From sequence record SRR20825019_327: a stretch of 59,291 nucleotides of DNA; one strand, 5' to 3'. The notes beneath the pieces are model-generated. The model ran no database searches. It was not told the DNA's origin and saw nothing but the letters and a program-made list of their open reading frames with translations. The translations under genes were made by a program, and so were the position numbers. Every line of letters starts with the position of its first letter. Position 1 is the stretch's first letter. Of this stretch, positions 1 through 10,614 are shown one piece after another.

Positions 1-147
1 GCCCCGGAAACTCTCAGGCAAAAGGACCGCACAGCTATGTGACCCTCTGGAAAGTAGCATCGCAGCAATGCATGCTCACCGACGGGGTAAGCCAAAGCGC
101 ATCATTTGCGACTTGGTCAAATCTCTCAGGTTCCGTGACAGAGGGGG
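1..147 (+). ncRNA. Tandem glycine riboswitch (3' end of aptamer 1 plus complete aptamer 2)
   Basis: Two CTCTCAGG motifs (11-18, 123-130). Aptamer 2 has CCCTCTGGAAAG...CACCGACGG...CTCTCAGG...GACAGAGGG with P1 ccctctg/cagaggg. Lies directly upstream of gcvT; 5' part is outside the window. Confidence 0.93.
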
Positions 148-195
148 CGCTTACTCCGGCTTTGCCGGAAAAATGCGTATGCGGAGGCCGCCCTG

Positions 196-1329
196 ATGAC
201 TGATGATACCCTGCTTAAAACCCCCCTTTATGATTTACACGTGGCACATGGCGGCAAGATGGTGCCGTTTGCAGGCTATTCCATGCCTGTGCAATACCCA
301 CTGGGCATCATGAAAGAGCACGAATTCACACGCGAAAAGGCAGGTCTTTTTGATGTGTCTCACATGGGGCAGTGCTTCATTCACTCCAAAGACGGTAGTG
401 ACCCGGCAGCAGCAATTGAAAAGCTGATGCCTGGTGCCTTGCAAGTGCTGAGGCCCGGCAAGATGCGCTATACCCTGCTTCTGAACGAAGAAGGGGGTAT
501 CGAGGATGACTTGATGGTCACCCGCACCCATGAGGCTGAAGGCACACTGTATGTGGTCGTGAACGCTGCATGCAAAGACAAGGATTACGGCATCCTTGAA
601 GAAAAACTTGGCCACCTGATCTCTGTTGAGCCGCTGGAAGATCGCGGTTTGATCGCGCTTCAGGGCCCTAAAGCCGAAGCAGTACTCTCGGACCTTGCGC
701 CAGAGGTTGCGGGCCTCGGGTTCATGGAAGCCACAGCCGTAACGCTTGAGGGTGTTGTGTGTTGGGTTTCCCGCTCCGGATACACGGGTGAAGACGGATA
801 TGAGATTTCTGTACCGGAAGGTGAAGCAAAAGCGCTGGCTGAGCGCCTACTACGTTCTGATGATGTGGAGCTGATTGGCCTTGGGGCGCGGGATAGTCTG
901 CGCCTTGAGGCTGGCCTCTGCCTCTCAGGTCATGATTTTGATGCGACTGTGAGCCCGGTTGAAGCTGGTGTTACCTTTGCACTTGGCAAAAAGCGCCGCG
1001 AAGATGGTGATTTTGCGGGAAGTACGCGCATCCTGAAAGAGCTGGCGGAAGGACCCTCAAAGGTACGTGTTGGTTTGCTGCCGTCCGGTCGTGCACCGGC
1101 ACGCGAAGGCACAGCTATCGCAGACGCGGATGGCAACGAGATCGGGACCGTTACCTCAGGCGGCTTTGGCCCCACAGTAGGAGGGCCGGTTGCTATGGGT
1201 TTTGTGCCAAAGGCTTTTGCGGAAGTTGGCACTGAAGTACAGTTGATGATCCGCGGCAAGGCCCACCCTGCCGTGGTTGCAAAAACACCATTTATTGAGC
1301 AGCGCTACGTGCGCAAGAAAGCATCTTAA
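196..1329 (+). CDS. gcvT: Glycine cleavage system aminomethyltransferase T
   Basis: KTPLYDLH, GLFDVSHMG, SRSGYTGEDGYEI and GLGARDSLRLEAG motifs; GGAGG RBS. Confidence 0.97.
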   Translation: MTDDTLLKTPLYDLHVAHGGKMVPFAGYSMPVQYPLGIMKEHEFTREKAGLFDVSHMGQCFIHSKDGSDPAAAIEKLMPGALQVLRPGKMRYTLLLNEEGGIEDDLMVTRTHEAEGTLYVVVNAACKDKDYGILEEKLGHLISVEPLEDRGLIALQGPKAEAVLSDLAPEVAGLGFMEATAVTLEGVVCWVSRSGYTGEDGYEISVPEGEAKALAERLLRSDDVELIGLGARDSLRLEAGLCLSGHDFDATVSPVEAGVTFALGKKRREDGDFAGSTRILKELAEGPSKVRVGLLPSGRAPAREGTAIADADGNEIGTVTSGGFGPTVGGPVAMGFVPKAFAEVGTEVQLMIRGKAHPAVVAKTPFIEQRYVRKKAS

Positions 1330-1353
1330 GCCTGGATTTTGGAGGATAGGCGC

Positions 1354-1725
1354 ATGATTAAATTCACTGAAGAACATGAGTGGCTGGAAGTAGACGGCGA
1401 TATCGCAACTGTTGGCATTACCGATTACGCCCAAAACGCGCTCGGGGATGTTGTATTTGTAGAGCTGCCAGAAGTTGGCGCGACTTACGAAAAAGGCGAC
1501 GAAGTTTCCGTTGTAGAATCCGTCAAAGCAGCAAGCGAAGTTTATGCTCCGCTCGCTGGCGAGATTGCTGAGGTGAACGAGGCGCTTGAGGGGGAACCCG
1601 CGCTTGTGAACACCGCAGCACTCGACAAGGGCTGGTTCTTTAAAATAAAGATCGCCGATTTGGGCGAGCTCGACGACATGATGGACGAGACAGCCTACAA
1701 CGAGTTTGTTGAAGGCCTCGACTAA
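1354..1725 (+). CDS. gcvH: Glycine cleavage system protein H
   Basis: [11 protein letters not shown], lipoyl-Lys motif VESVKAAS; start at ATG 1354 after GGAGG. Confidence 0.97.
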   Translation: MIKFTEEHEWLEVDGDIATVGITDYAQNALGDVVFVELPEVGATYEKGDEVSVVESVKAASEVYAPLAGEIAEVNEALEGEPALVNTAALDKGWFFKIKIADLGELDDMMDETAYNEFVEGLD

Positions 1726-1736
1726 GGCAAATATAG

Positions 1737-1772
1737 CGCTGGCCGGGGCTCCCCGGGCCAGCGTTTCTTTTT
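1737..1772 (+). terminator. Intra-operon terminator-like hairpin between gcvH and gcvPA
   Basis: CGCTGGCCGGGG-CT-CCCCGGGCCAGCG followed by TTTCTTTTT. Confidence 0.6.
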
Positions 1773-1829
1773 GTGCCAGGCCAAAGCACGCAACCTCGGG
1801 CCTGACGCGTGATCAAAGGAGCCAGTTGC

Positions 1830-3179
1830 ATGCGCTATCTGCCGCTTACGGCCACCGACCGGCAATCGATGCTGGAAAAAATCGGTGTTCGGCATATTGA
1901 TGATTTGTTCAAGGACGTTCCAAACGATGTCCTGAACCCGGAGATTGACCTTCCTCGCCATAAGGCTGAGATGGAAGTTGAGCGCCACCTCTCAAGGATG
2001 GCCGCGAAGAACACCTCAGCGGGCAGTGTGCCTTTTTTCATTGGAGCCGGGGCTTATAAACACCACGTGCCTGCAACCGTTGATCACCTGATCCAGCGCG
2101 GTGAGTTTTTGACAGCTTACACGCCGTATCAGCCAGAGATCGCGCAAGGTACACTCCAGTACATCTTTGAATTCCAGACACAAGTCGCGCAGCTAACCGG
2201 CATGGATGTGGCGAACGCCTCCATGTATGACGGCTCAACCGCCACCAGCGAAGCTGTGATGATGGCGCGTCGTGTAACGCGGAAGAAAAAAGCTATCCTT
2301 GCGGGCAGCCTGCACGCGCATTACCGCGCTGTGGTTGAAACCACGACCCAATACACAGATGATGTGATCGTCGCACAGAAACCAAACCCCGCCGACCCTG
2401 AAGCAGAGCTGAAGGCGGTTATTGACGCGATCGATGACGAGACAAGCTGTGTTGTTGTGCAAAACCCGGGTGTGTTTGGCCATGTGCTTGACCTGACACC
2501 TGTGGCGGAAGCGGCACACGCCAAAAAAGCGTTGCTGATTGTTGTAGTGACAGAAGTCATGAGCCTGGGCCTGATCAAAAGCCCCGGTGAAATGGGCGCA
2601 GATATCGTGGTTGGCGAAGGCCAATCTATCGGTAACGGTCTTAATTTTGGCGGGCCATATGTGGGGCTTTTTGCCACCAACCAGAAGTTTGTGCGCCAGA
2701 TGCCAGGCCGTCTTTGTGGTGAAACGGTGGACGCGAACGGCAAGCGCGGGTTTGTGCTGACGCTCTCAACGCGTGAGCAGCACATCCGTCGTGAGAAAGC
2801 AACGTCCAACATCTGTACAAACTCCGGCCTGTGCGCGCTTGCGTTCACGATCCATATGAGCCTGTTGGGTGAAAAAGGCTTGCGCGGTGTCGCCAAGGTT
2901 AACCACCGGAACGCGATAGCGCTGAGGGACGCACTGGCATCCGTCTCGGGTGTGGAAGTGCTTACAAACGCTTTCTTTAACGAGATTGCTGTGAAGCTGC
3001 CAAAAGCTGCTGCGGGTGTGGTTGATGCGCTCGTGGGCAAGGATATCCTTGCGGGCGTACCGGCATCACGCCTTTATCCGGGCGCCGGGCTTGATGATGT
3101 GTTGATTTTGGCTGCGACGGAAACCGTAACAGCGGACGATATTGCTGCGCTCAAAGGCGCGCTCGAGGAGGTGCTCTGA
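1830..3179 (+). CDS. gcvPA: Glycine dehydrogenase (decarboxylating) subunit 1
   Basis: MRYLP start, [38 protein letters not shown]. Confidence 0.97.
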   Translation: MRYLPLTATDRQSMLEKIGVRHIDDLFKDVPNDVLNPEIDLPRHKAEMEVERHLSRMAAKNTSAGSVPFFIGAGAYKHHVPATVDHLIQRGEFLTAYTPYQPEIAQGTLQYIFEFQTQVAQLTGMDVANASMYDGSTATSEAVMMARRVTRKKKAILAGSLHAHYRAVVETTTQYTDDVIVAQKPNPADPEAELKAVIDAIDDETSCVVVQNPGVFGHVLDLTPVAEAAHAKKALLIVVVTEVMSLGLIKSPGEMGADIVVGEGQSIGNGLNFGGPYVGLFATNQKFVRQMPGRLCGETVDANGKRGFVLTLSTREQHIRREKATSNICTNSGLCALAFTIHMSLLGEKGLRGVAKVNHRNAIALRDALASVSGVEVLTNAFFNEIAVKLPKAAAGVVDALVGKDILAGVPASRLYPGAGLDDVLILAATETVTADDIAALKGALEEVL

Positions 3180-4711
3180 TGTCTATGAATAGTCAAGGAC
3201 GACCTACTGCTGCAACAGGCGGGGGCGAGAGCGCACAGTTCGAAAGTTTCTCCGGTCATGTGGGCCTTCGTCTCGCGGAGCCCCTGATCTATGAGCTTGG
3301 TACTGTTGAGACCACCGGTGTGGATTTTGAAGCGCTGGATGACCTGGAGCTCGCCGTTGGTGGGCTTGAGCGTACAAGCGAAATCGGCTGCCCAGGCCTT
3401 GCTGAACCGGATGTGGTGCGGCACTACACACGTCTCAGCCGCCGCAACTACGGTATTGATATGGGTGTGTTCCCGCTTGGGTCATGCACCATGAAGCACA
3501 ATCCGCGCCTCAATGAAAAGATGGCACGGCTACCGGGCTTTGGCGATATTCACCCACTCGCGCCAAAGCGTGCGGTGCAGGGCGCTTTCCAACTGATGGA
3601 CGAGTTGAGCCATTGGTTGATGACACTCACCAACATGCCCGCAGTTGCCCTAAGCCCCAAGGCGGGCGCGCATGGTGAGCTTTGCGGTGTTATGGCTATC
3701 CGCGCAGCGCTTGAAGCACGAGGCGATGCCCGTGAAATCATTCTCTGCCCGGAATCAGCGCATGGCACCAACCCTGCAACCGCGGCCTTCTGTGGCTACA
3801 AGGTGAAATCGATCCCCGCCAAGGATAACGGCAAGGTGGATATTGATGCGCTTAAGGCAGCACTCGATGATACCGTCGCGGCTGTGATGCTAACCAACCC
3901 GAATACCTGTGGCTTGTTTGAAACGGAAATCCGTGAGATCGCCGATGCGATCCATAAGGCTGGCGCGTTCTTCTATTGTGACGGTGCGAACTTTAATGCC
4001 ATCATGGGCAAGGTGTGCCCAGGTGACCTTGGTGTGGATGCCATGCACTTCAACCTGCACAAAACCTTCTCAACCCCGCATGGCGGCGGCGGGCCGGGTT
4101 CTGGGCCGGTGGTTTTCTCCGATGCGCTCAAGGCCCACGTGCCGGTGCCATATGTGGTGAAAACAGCGGACGGCTTTGACCTTGTTGAGGATATCGATGA
4201 CGCCTCAATGGGGCGCCTCACCGCCTTCCATGGCCAGATGGGTATGTATGTCCGTGCCCTCAGCTATATGCTGAGCCACGGCGGTGATGGTATCCAGCAG
4301 GCGGCGGAAGACGCTGTGTTGAACGCAAACTATGTGCTGGCGTCGCTTTCCGACGTTATGACGGCCTCATTTGATGGCCCCTGCATGCATGAAGCTCTGT
4401 TTGATGATCGTTTCCTCAAGGATACGGGTGTCACCACGCTTGATTTTGCCAAAGCCATGATCGATGAGGGCTATCACCCCATGACCATGTATTTCCCGCT
4501 GGTGGTACATGGTGCGATGCTGATTGAGCCGACCGAGAGCGAAAGCAAGGCCAACATGGACCAGTTTATTCGTTCCATGCGCGGGCTTGCCGGTGCTGCG
4601 AAGGCAGGCGAGGTTGAGCGTTTTTCTGGTGCGCCATATCATGCACCGTGGGGGCGTCTGGACGAAACGCAAGCCGCGCGTCAGCCTGTGCTTCGGTATG
4701 CTTCAGAATAG
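3179..4711 (+). CDS. gcvPB: Glycine dehydrogenase (decarboxylating) subunit 2
   Basis: LGSCTMKHNP, SAHGTNPATA, PLP-Lys motif NLHKTFSTPHGGGGPG; TGATG overlap with gcvPA. Confidence 0.97.
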   Translation: MSMNSQGRPTAATGGGESAQFESFSGHVGLRLAEPLIYELGTVETTGVDFEALDDLELAVGGLERTSEIGCPGLAEPDVVRHYTRLSRRNYGIDMGVFPLGSCTMKHNPRLNEKMARLPGFGDIHPLAPKRAVQGAFQLMDELSHWLMTLTNMPAVALSPKAGAHGELCGVMAIRAALEARGDAREIILCPESAHGTNPATAAFCGYKVKSIPAKDNGKVDIDALKAALDDTVAAVMLTNPNTCGLFETEIREIADAIHKAGAFFYCDGANFNAIMGKVCPGDLGVDAMHFNLHKTFSTPHGGGGPGSGPVVFSDALKAHVPVPYVVKTADGFDLVEDIDDASMGRLTAFHGQMGMYVRALSYMLSHGGDGIQQAAEDAVLNANYVLASLSDVMTASFDGPCMHEALFDDRFLKDTGVTTLDFAKAMIDEGYHPMTMYFPLVVHGAMLIEPTESESKANMDQFIRSMRGLAGAAKAGEVERFSGAPYHAPWGRLDETQAARQPVLRYASE

Positions 4712-4739
4712 CAATTTGATGCTTTAATTCAGTAACTTG

Positions 4740-4768
4740 ACCACCCGCCGCTTGGTGGGTGGTTTCGT
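4740..4768 (+). terminator. Hairpin terminator after the gcv operon
   Basis: ACCACCCGCC-GCTT-GGTGGGTGGT then TTCGTT. Confidence 0.55.
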
Positions 4769-4824
4769 TCTTGGCCCGATTTCGCTTTAGTGCTAGCTTA
4801 AGGCGCGATGAGGGAGGAACATTA

Positions 4825-6024
4825 GTGAGTAAGCGCATTCTCGTTGTTGACGACTCTGCTACGATGCGGGATCTGTTGACCCAGTATCTGCTGTCACCGG
4901 GTTATATGGTGGCGGGCGCAGAAAGCGGCGTTCAGGCGCTTGATATCCTCAATACCGAAAATTTTGATGTGATTATCACCGATCTGGCGATGCCGGAGAT
5001 GGATGGTTTTGGTCTCATCAAGGAAATTTCAGAGCTCGATTCGGACCCCGGCGTCATCCTCTTGAGCGGCCATGATGCACGCATGTTGCAGGCCGCCCGT
5101 GATATGGCGCTGGCTTATAGCGTCAATCTGCTGGGGACCCTTACCAAGCCAGTGAATAAAGAGCTGCTTTTGTCCATGCTCAGCGATGTTGCCAACTCTC
5201 GCGCGAAGGGCCGCTCCGGCTCCGAGACAGTGCTTGCCGAAGGCGAGTTTATGCGCGGTTTGATGACAGATGGCTTGTCGCCGGTGTTCCAACCGAAGTT
5301 AAACCCTAAAACCGGCGAATTGGTCGGGGCTGAAGTGTTCGCCCGGTGGCGGGCACCCACGGGCGGTTATCTTGGTGCTGGGGCGGTTATTAAAGCTGCG
5401 CAGGAAAAGGGGCACATGGATGTGCTCACATACCGGATGCTTGAGCTTGCGATGCAGCAGCAGGGACGCTGGCGCAAGCAAGGGCTTGAAGTTGTGCTTT
5501 CCATCAATGTGGCCAGCGATAACCTGCGCAAGGCTGACTTTGCGGATGTTGTCTCTGGCCTCACGGAACAGTTTGAGGTGAAGCCTTCCATGGTTCGCCT
5601 TGAAGTGACAGAAGCAGACCTTGAGATTGACGCGAAAATACCGCTTGATGTGCTCGCAAGCCTGAACGCGCGAGGCTTTGGTATTGCGCTTGATGATTTT
5701 GGTGCCGGATTCGCGTCTCTCGTGCGGCTCAAGGAAATCCCGTTCGATGAGCTGGTGATTGACCGCATGTTCATTGGGCGCGCAACGGAGCATCATGTGG
5801 CCCGAACAGTGCTTGAGGCCGCAATTGACCTTGCGCACAAGCTCAGCCTCAAATGTGTATGCGAAGGCGTTGAGACCGAAGACCAGCTCAAGCTTGTCAG
5901 AGACATGGGGGCAGATGCGGTGCAAGGGTATTATCTTGGCAAGCCGATGTCTGCGGACGAGTTCCTTATCTGGTATGAAGATTACCGCGACGGGGTGATC
6001 AACATATCAGGTATCGGTGATTAA
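4825..6024 (+). CDS. Response regulator receiver plus EAL-domain protein (RocR-like architecture, partly degenerate EAL)
   Basis: N-terminal REC (VVDD, ITDLAMPEMDG, TKP); C-terminal EAL (EVFARW, SINV, ALDDFGAG, EGVE, QGY). GTG start after GGAGG. Confidence 0.9.
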   Translation: MSKRILVVDDSATMRDLLTQYLLSPGYMVAGAESGVQALDILNTENFDVIITDLAMPEMDGFGLIKEISELDSDPGVILLSGHDARMLQAARDMALAYSVNLLGTLTKPVNKELLLSMLSDVANSRAKGRSGSETVLAEGEFMRGLMTDGLSPVFQPKLNPKTGELVGAEVFARWRAPTGGYLGAGAVIKAAQEKGHMDVLTYRMLELAMQQQGRWRKQGLEVVLSINVASDNLRKADFADVVSGLTEQFEVKPSMVRLEVTEADLEIDAKIPLDVLASLNARGFGIALDDFGAGFASLVRLKEIPFDELVIDRMFIGRATEHHVARTVLEAAIDLAHKLSLKCVCEGVETEDQLKLVRDMGADAVQGYYLGKPMSADEFLIWYEDYRDGVINISGIGD

Positions 6025-6651
6025 TTAACCATTGGCCCCGCTGTAGAACAGCCTGAGGGCATCTTCCCTGAAACGTATCATCTCCTCGTCACTGAACGGT
6101 GTTTCTGAGAAAACCCCGCTGAGAGGGGCCACGACAAACGGGTAGATCAGCATCCCCATCATCAAAACCACGTGCCTGAGCTCATCAGCGTCCGCGCGCA
6201 TTCGGCCTTGTTTCTTTTCTTCAGCAAACAACCCAAGCCACTTCATGGCGACACGAGGTGCGTAGGTCGCTGCAAAATACTCGCGCAGGTGCCCACCTTC
6301 CATAATCACCTCCCGAAGCATCAGGTGCGGTACCCAGCGCCGGGCAAGGATATGCTCATGGAATGTGATAACCCATTCCTCAAGGGAGGAGGGGGCATCA
6401 AGCTTGTCCATCAGCGGCTTGAAGGCGTTATCGAATACTTCCTGAAGCAATCCGTCTTTGCCGTCGAAATAGTAATGCACCATAGCGGGGGTTACGCCTG
6501 CCGCTTTGGCAAGGTCGGGGATTTTGGTGCCGCCATAGCCTTTCGTTGAGAAAATTGGGCCTGCTGCTTCAACAAGGCGCGCGCGACGATCCTTGTTATT
6601 GCTTTCTTTAGGGCGGCCTACGCGGCGCTTCTTCTGGGTGTTTGATGTCAT
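6025..6651 (-). CDS. TetR/AcrR family transcriptional regulator
   Basis: GRPK...FSTKGYGGT...LAKAAGVTPAMVHYYFDGKDGL helix-turn-helix; divergent from the efflux operon. Confidence 0.92.
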   Translation of the reverse strand: MTSNTQKKRRVGRPKESNNKDRRARLVEAAGPIFSTKGYGGTKIPDLAKAAGVTPAMVHYYFDGKDGLLQEVFDNAFKPLMDKLDAPSSLEEWVITFHEHILARRWVPHLMLREVIMEGGHLREYFAATYAPRVAMKWLGLFAEEKKQGRMRADADELRHVVLMMGMLIYPFVVAPLSGVFSETPFSDEEMIRFREDALRLFYSGANG

Positions 6652-6657
6652 GAGTCT

Positions 6658-6683
6658 AAATTAATTGACTAATTAATTAATTT
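6658..6683. promoter_or_regulatory. Probable TetR operator (AT-rich inverted repeat)
   Basis: AAATTAATT-N8-AATTAATTT a few nt upstream of the tetR start, between divergent genes. Confidence 0.6.
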
Positions 6684-6843
6684 CAAGCATATAATGCATC
6701 AACCGAGTCCTTCAGCGAGGAATTCGTGTTCGGCGAAATAAAGCCACTAATGGCAGCGCCACAAATCATTAACGATTGCACGTATGGCCAGCCAACTTCG
6801 GTTGCGTTTGGATGTGGTCATTCACAAGAGGAAGAGGGTGTAG

Positions 6844-7812
6844 ATGAGTATTGCGAAGCGACTGGTGGGTTTGCTTATCGCTGCAGCAGCAGCGGGGGCG
6901 GCTTGGTACTATAACCAGCTTGAAACCGACAACAGCATCTACACCGGATATGTTGAGGGCGAGTATATCCTGCTCGCAGCTCCTATCTCGGGAGAGCTTA
7001 AAAGCCTTGATGTCCGGCGCGGTACACGGGTCTCAAAGGGTGCGCAAGTATTCTCGCTTGATAAAACTCTGGTTGAGGCCGAAGTCGCCCAGGCTCAGGC
7101 TGCACTAGCGAAAGTGAGGGCTGAGCTCGCTGATATGGAGAAAGGTGCGCGCGCCGAAGAACTGAGTGTGCGCTCAGCGGAGATTGATGAGGCGGAAGCC
7201 GCACTGAAAAACGCGGAGCTTGAGCTTTTGCGCCAACAAGCACTGGAAGGAAGCACTGCGGCCGTGGAAGCGCGATTGGACGACGCCCGCGCCGCGCGTG
7301 ATCAGGCCAAGGCGCGGGTAGCAGCGCTCAAGAGTGCTTTTGATGTGGCTAATCTGCCCGCACGCGCAGACCGGCTTGATGCGGCACGCGCCGCGCTTGT
7401 TGAAGCTCAAGCCAGTGTCGAGAAAGCGGACCGTCGGCTCGTCGAGATCGCGCCAGCCGCCCCAATCGAAGCGATGGTGCAGGACACCTACTACCAGCCG
7501 AGGGCATGGGTGCCAGCCAATAGGGCTGTGGCGTCTCTGTTGCCGGATGACAAACGCAAGCTTCGCTTTTTTGTGCCCCAGGCTGATGTGATGAAGCTTT
7601 CCGTTGGCACCAAGGTGGCCTTCTCATGTGACGGCTGTGGGGCAGGTCTGACCGCATCCATCAGTTTCATCGCGCCAGAGGCGGAATACACTCCGCCTGT
7701 GATTTATTCCGCGGATAGTCGTGAGAAACTGGTTTTCCTGATTGAAGCTATGCCGGACGGCGAGGTCCTGTTGCCCGTGGGGTTGCCGATTGAGGTGGAG
7801 CGCCCACAATGA
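6844..7812 (+). CDS. HlyD-family membrane fusion protein (YbhG-like)
   Basis: N-terminal TM anchor, GYVEGE, coiled coil, ISFIAPEAEYTPPVIYS...REKLVF. Confidence 0.9.
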   Translation: MSIAKRLVGLLIAAAAAGAAWYYNQLETDNSIYTGYVEGEYILLAAPISGELKSLDVRRGTRVSKGAQVFSLDKTLVEAEVAQAQAALAKVRAELADMEKGARAEELSVRSAEIDEAEAALKNAELELLRQQALEGSTAAVEARLDDARAARDQAKARVAALKSAFDVANLPARADRLDAARAALVEAQASVEKADRRLVEIAPAAPIEAMVQDTYYQPRAWVPANRAVASLLPDDKRKLRFFVPQADVMKLSVGTKVAFSCDGCGAGLTASISFIAPEAEYTPPVIYSADSREKLVFLIEAMPDGEVLLPVGLPIEVERPQ

Positions 7813-8741
7813 ATAGGGACGGTGAGTTGGCTATTGATGTTTCGGGGCTGGTGAAGATATTTGATGGCCGCCGCGTGGTGGATGATTTTTCAATGCAGAT
7901 CCCGGAAGGCAAGATATTTGGCTTCCTTGGCCCCAATGGCAGCGGCAAAACCACCACGCTCAGGATGCTTTGTGGCCTTCTGACGCCTGATGAAGGGCAG
8001 GGTACCTGCCTGGGGCTTGACCTGCGCGCTGAAGCGCCGCTCATTAAGCGGCAAACCGGATATATGACGCAGAAATTCAGCCTGTATCAGGACCTGACCA
8101 TCCGGGAAAACCTGGAATTTGTCGCGCGGCTTTATGAGATGGATAACCGCAAGGACCGTGTAGATACAGCGCTCAAGGACTTGGGCCTGTGGGGGCGCCG
8201 CGACCAGCAAACAGGTGCGTTGTCGGGTGGCTGGAAGCAGCGTCTCGCGCTCGCAGCCTGCATCCTGCATGAGCCAAGACTTCTATTGCTTGATGAGCCC
8301 ACAGCGGGTGTTGACCCCAAGGCCCGGCGCGAATTTTGGGATGAAATACATACGCTGGCGTCGAACGGGATCACGGTTCTGGTATCCACCCACTATATGG
8401 ATGAAGCCGAGCGCTGCCACGAGATTGTTTACATAGCATACGGCAAGCTCCTTGCCGCAGGCACGGCAGAAGAAATTATTGACGGCACAACGCTATATAC
8501 GTGGCGGGCGCATGGCTTTGAGGCCGACCGGCTGGCGCAAAAGCTTCGCGGGCGCGACGGTATTGCTTCAGCAGTAGCCTTTGGCGCCAATCTTCATGTC
8601 AGTGGCGCAGACGAACAGGCGCTTGAAGCGGCTATTGCCCCTTACCGGCAGGGCCATAACCTGAACTGGCAGCAAACCAGCCCAACGCTTGAGGATGTTT
8701 TTATCCATCTGACCTCTGGTTCGCAGGATAACTTCTCATGA
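7809..8741 (+). CDS. ABC transporter ATP-binding protein (YbhF-like, single NBD)
   Basis: Walker A GPNGSGKT, LSGGWKQRL, LLLLDEPTAGVDP, STHYMDEAE. Confidence 0.93.
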   Translation: MNRDGELAIDVSGLVKIFDGRRVVDDFSMQIPEGKIFGFLGPNGSGKTTTLRMLCGLLTPDEGQGTCLGLDLRAEAPLIKRQTGYMTQKFSLYQDLTIRENLEFVARLYEMDNRKDRVDTALKDLGLWGRRDQQTGALSGGWKQRLALAACILHEPRLLLLDEPTAGVDPKARREFWDEIHTLASNGITVLVSTHYMDEAERCHEIVYIAYGKLLAAGTAEEIIDGTTLYTWRAHGFEADRLAQKLRGRDGIASAVAFGANLHVSGADEQALEAAIAPYRQGHNLNWQQTSPTLEDVFIHLTSGSQDNFS

Positions 8742-9871
8742 GGCGGCCGTTTTCACTCCTCCGGCTTGGCGCAATGCTGATGAAGGAATTCCATCATATG
8801 CGCCGTGACCGGGCCACACTTGGCATGATGATGGGTGTACCGCTTATCCAGCTTGTGCTTTTTGGTTTCGCCATCAATACAGACCCGAAAGCGTTGCCAA
8901 CAGCCATTTATTCAGCGGAAAGTACTGTTTATACACGCGCCTTCACCTCCGCGCTTGTGAACACAGGGTACTTCAAGGTTGTGGTTGAGGCAGACGGTGC
9001 AGACGTTGACCGCATGTTAACGCGCGGCCAGGTGCAGTTTTCTGTCACGATACCGCCGAATTTCTCGCGTGACCTTGTACTTGGCGAGCGGCCTGAAATA
9101 CTGGTGGAGGCTGATGCGACTGACCCAGTGGCCACCGGCAGCGCGATCAGTGCGTTGCAGCAGCTCAAGCTTTCTGCGCTTGAACGTGACCTGGCGGGCG
9201 TTGACATCACACCGGCACCCGCGCCGCCGCCCTTTGATGTGGTGGTGCACCGCCGTTATAACCCGGAAAACATCACGCAGTATAATATTGTGCCGGGCCT
9301 GATGGGCGTTGTGCTGACCATGACACTCGTGATGATCACGGGGCTTGCGGTGACGCGAGAGCGTGAACTGGGCACGATGGAAAACCTCCTCGCTATGCCG
9401 GTGCGGCCGTCGGAGGTGATGCTGGGCAAAATCACGCCGTATGTGATTGTGGGGTACGTGCAGGCGGCCATCATCCTGGCGGCTGCGGTATTTTTGTTCG
9501 ATGTGCCTTTTGAGGGAAGCATTCTTCTTCTTTCGGGCGCGACCATCCTGTTCATGATCGCTAATTTGGCGGTTGGTTTCACATTCTCAACCATCGCGCA
9601 AAACCAACTTCAGGCTGTGCAGATGACTTTCTTTTTCTTTCTGCCATCGCTGCTTCTCTCTGGTTTTATGTTTCCGTTCAGAGGCATGCCCTTATGGGCC
9701 CAAACCATCGGGGAGGCGTTGCCGTTGACTCATTTCCTGCGCATCGCACGGGGGATACTATTAAAGGGAAGTCAGTCTAACGACATCCTGCCGGACCTTT
9801 TTGGGATACTGGCGTTTGTGGTTGTAGCCACAATGATTGCGCTCGCGAGATATCGGCAGACGCTGGATTAA
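8738..9871 (+). CDS. ABC-2 type transporter permease (YbhS/R-like)
   Basis: [35 protein letters not shown]; multiple TM segments. Confidence 0.92.
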   Translation: MRRPFSLLRLGAMLMKEFHHMRRDRATLGMMMGVPLIQLVLFGFAINTDPKALPTAIYSAESTVYTRAFTSALVNTGYFKVVVEADGADVDRMLTRGQVQFSVTIPPNFSRDLVLGERPEILVEADATDPVATGSAISALQQLKLSALERDLAGVDITPAPAPPPFDVVVHRRYNPENITQYNIVPGLMGVVLTMTLVMITGLAVTRERELGTMENLLAMPVRPSEVMLGKITPYVIVGYVQAAIILAAAVFLFDVPFEGSILLLSGATILFMIANLAVGFTFSTIAQNQLQAVQMTFFFFLPSLLLSGFMFPFRGMPLWAQTIGEALPLTHFLRIARGILLKGSQSNDILPDLFGILAFVVVATMIALARYRQTLD

Positions 9872-9875
9872 TATG

Positions 9876-9887
9876 TTGCATATGCAA
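9876..9887. promoter_or_regulatory. Perfect palindrome TTGCATATGCAA, candidate operator (possibly MarR)
   Basis: 12-bp palindrome in an AT-rich stretch about 50 nt upstream of the nitroreductase start; a MarR gene is adjacent. Confidence 0.5.
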
Positions 9888-9936
9888 TATTATTGAGATA
9901 TTGCTCACTGCATACCCAATGCTAACGGAGCGATAT

Positions 9937-10614
9937 ATGAAGCCTCACGATAATGTCCCGCTACCCGATTTTCAGGAATATTCGCCGGATGAAATGAAGG
10001 CCCGCGCGCAGGCGTTTTATAAAGAGATGCGCCGCCGTCATACGGTGCGGGAATTCTCCGACCGGCCAGTACCGCGCGAGATTATTGAGGATTGTTTGCG
10101 TACCGCAGGCACCGCACCAAGCGGTGCCAACCATCAGCCGTGGCATTTCGCACTGATCGGGAACCCGGAGATCAAGTCAAAGGTGCGCGTAAGAGCAGAG
10201 CAGGAAGAGCGTGGGTTTTACGACGAGCGCAGGGCTGGGGAAGAGTGGCTGGATGCTCTTGCGCCACTTGGCACCGATGCCAGCAAACCCTATCTGGAGC
10301 ACGCGCCGTGGCTGATAGCGATATTTGCGCAGCGCCGCGGTGGTATTGAAGCAGGCATGGAACGCAAAAACTATTATGTGTCAGAATCGGTGGGCATCGC
10401 GACCGGTTTTCTGATCGCTGCCCTTCATAATGCCGGGCTCGCGACACTCACTCACACCCCTAAGCCAATGAATTTCCTTAACGAAATTTGTCAGCGGCCT
10501 GAGCATGAGCGTGCTTATATCCTGCTGGTGGCAGGGTATCCGGCTGAAGGCGCAACGGTGCCGGTGCATGCAACGATCAAAAAGCCGTTTGAGGATATCG
10601 TTTCTGTCTTCTAG
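9937..10614 (+). CDS. Nitroreductase family protein, iodotyrosine deiodinase (IYD)-like
   Basis: [52 protein letters not shown] match the IYD subfamily pattern. Confidence 0.85.
   Translation: MKPHDNVPLPDFQEYSPDEMKARAQAFYKEMRRRHTVREFSDRPVPREIIEDCLRTAGTAPSGANHQPWHFALIGNPEIKSKVRVRAEQEERGFYDERRAGEEWLDALAPLGTDASKPYLEHAPWLIAIFAQRRGGIEAGMERKNYYVSESVGIATGFLIAALHNAGLATLTHTPKPMNFLNEICQRPEHERAYILLVAGYPAEGATVPVHATIKKPFEDIVSVF

Noticed and set aside
6726..6914. 62-aa ORF in the tetR-hlyD intergenic region
   Set aside because: Overlaps the hlyD start in another frame and shows no motif; more likely leader or promoter DNA.
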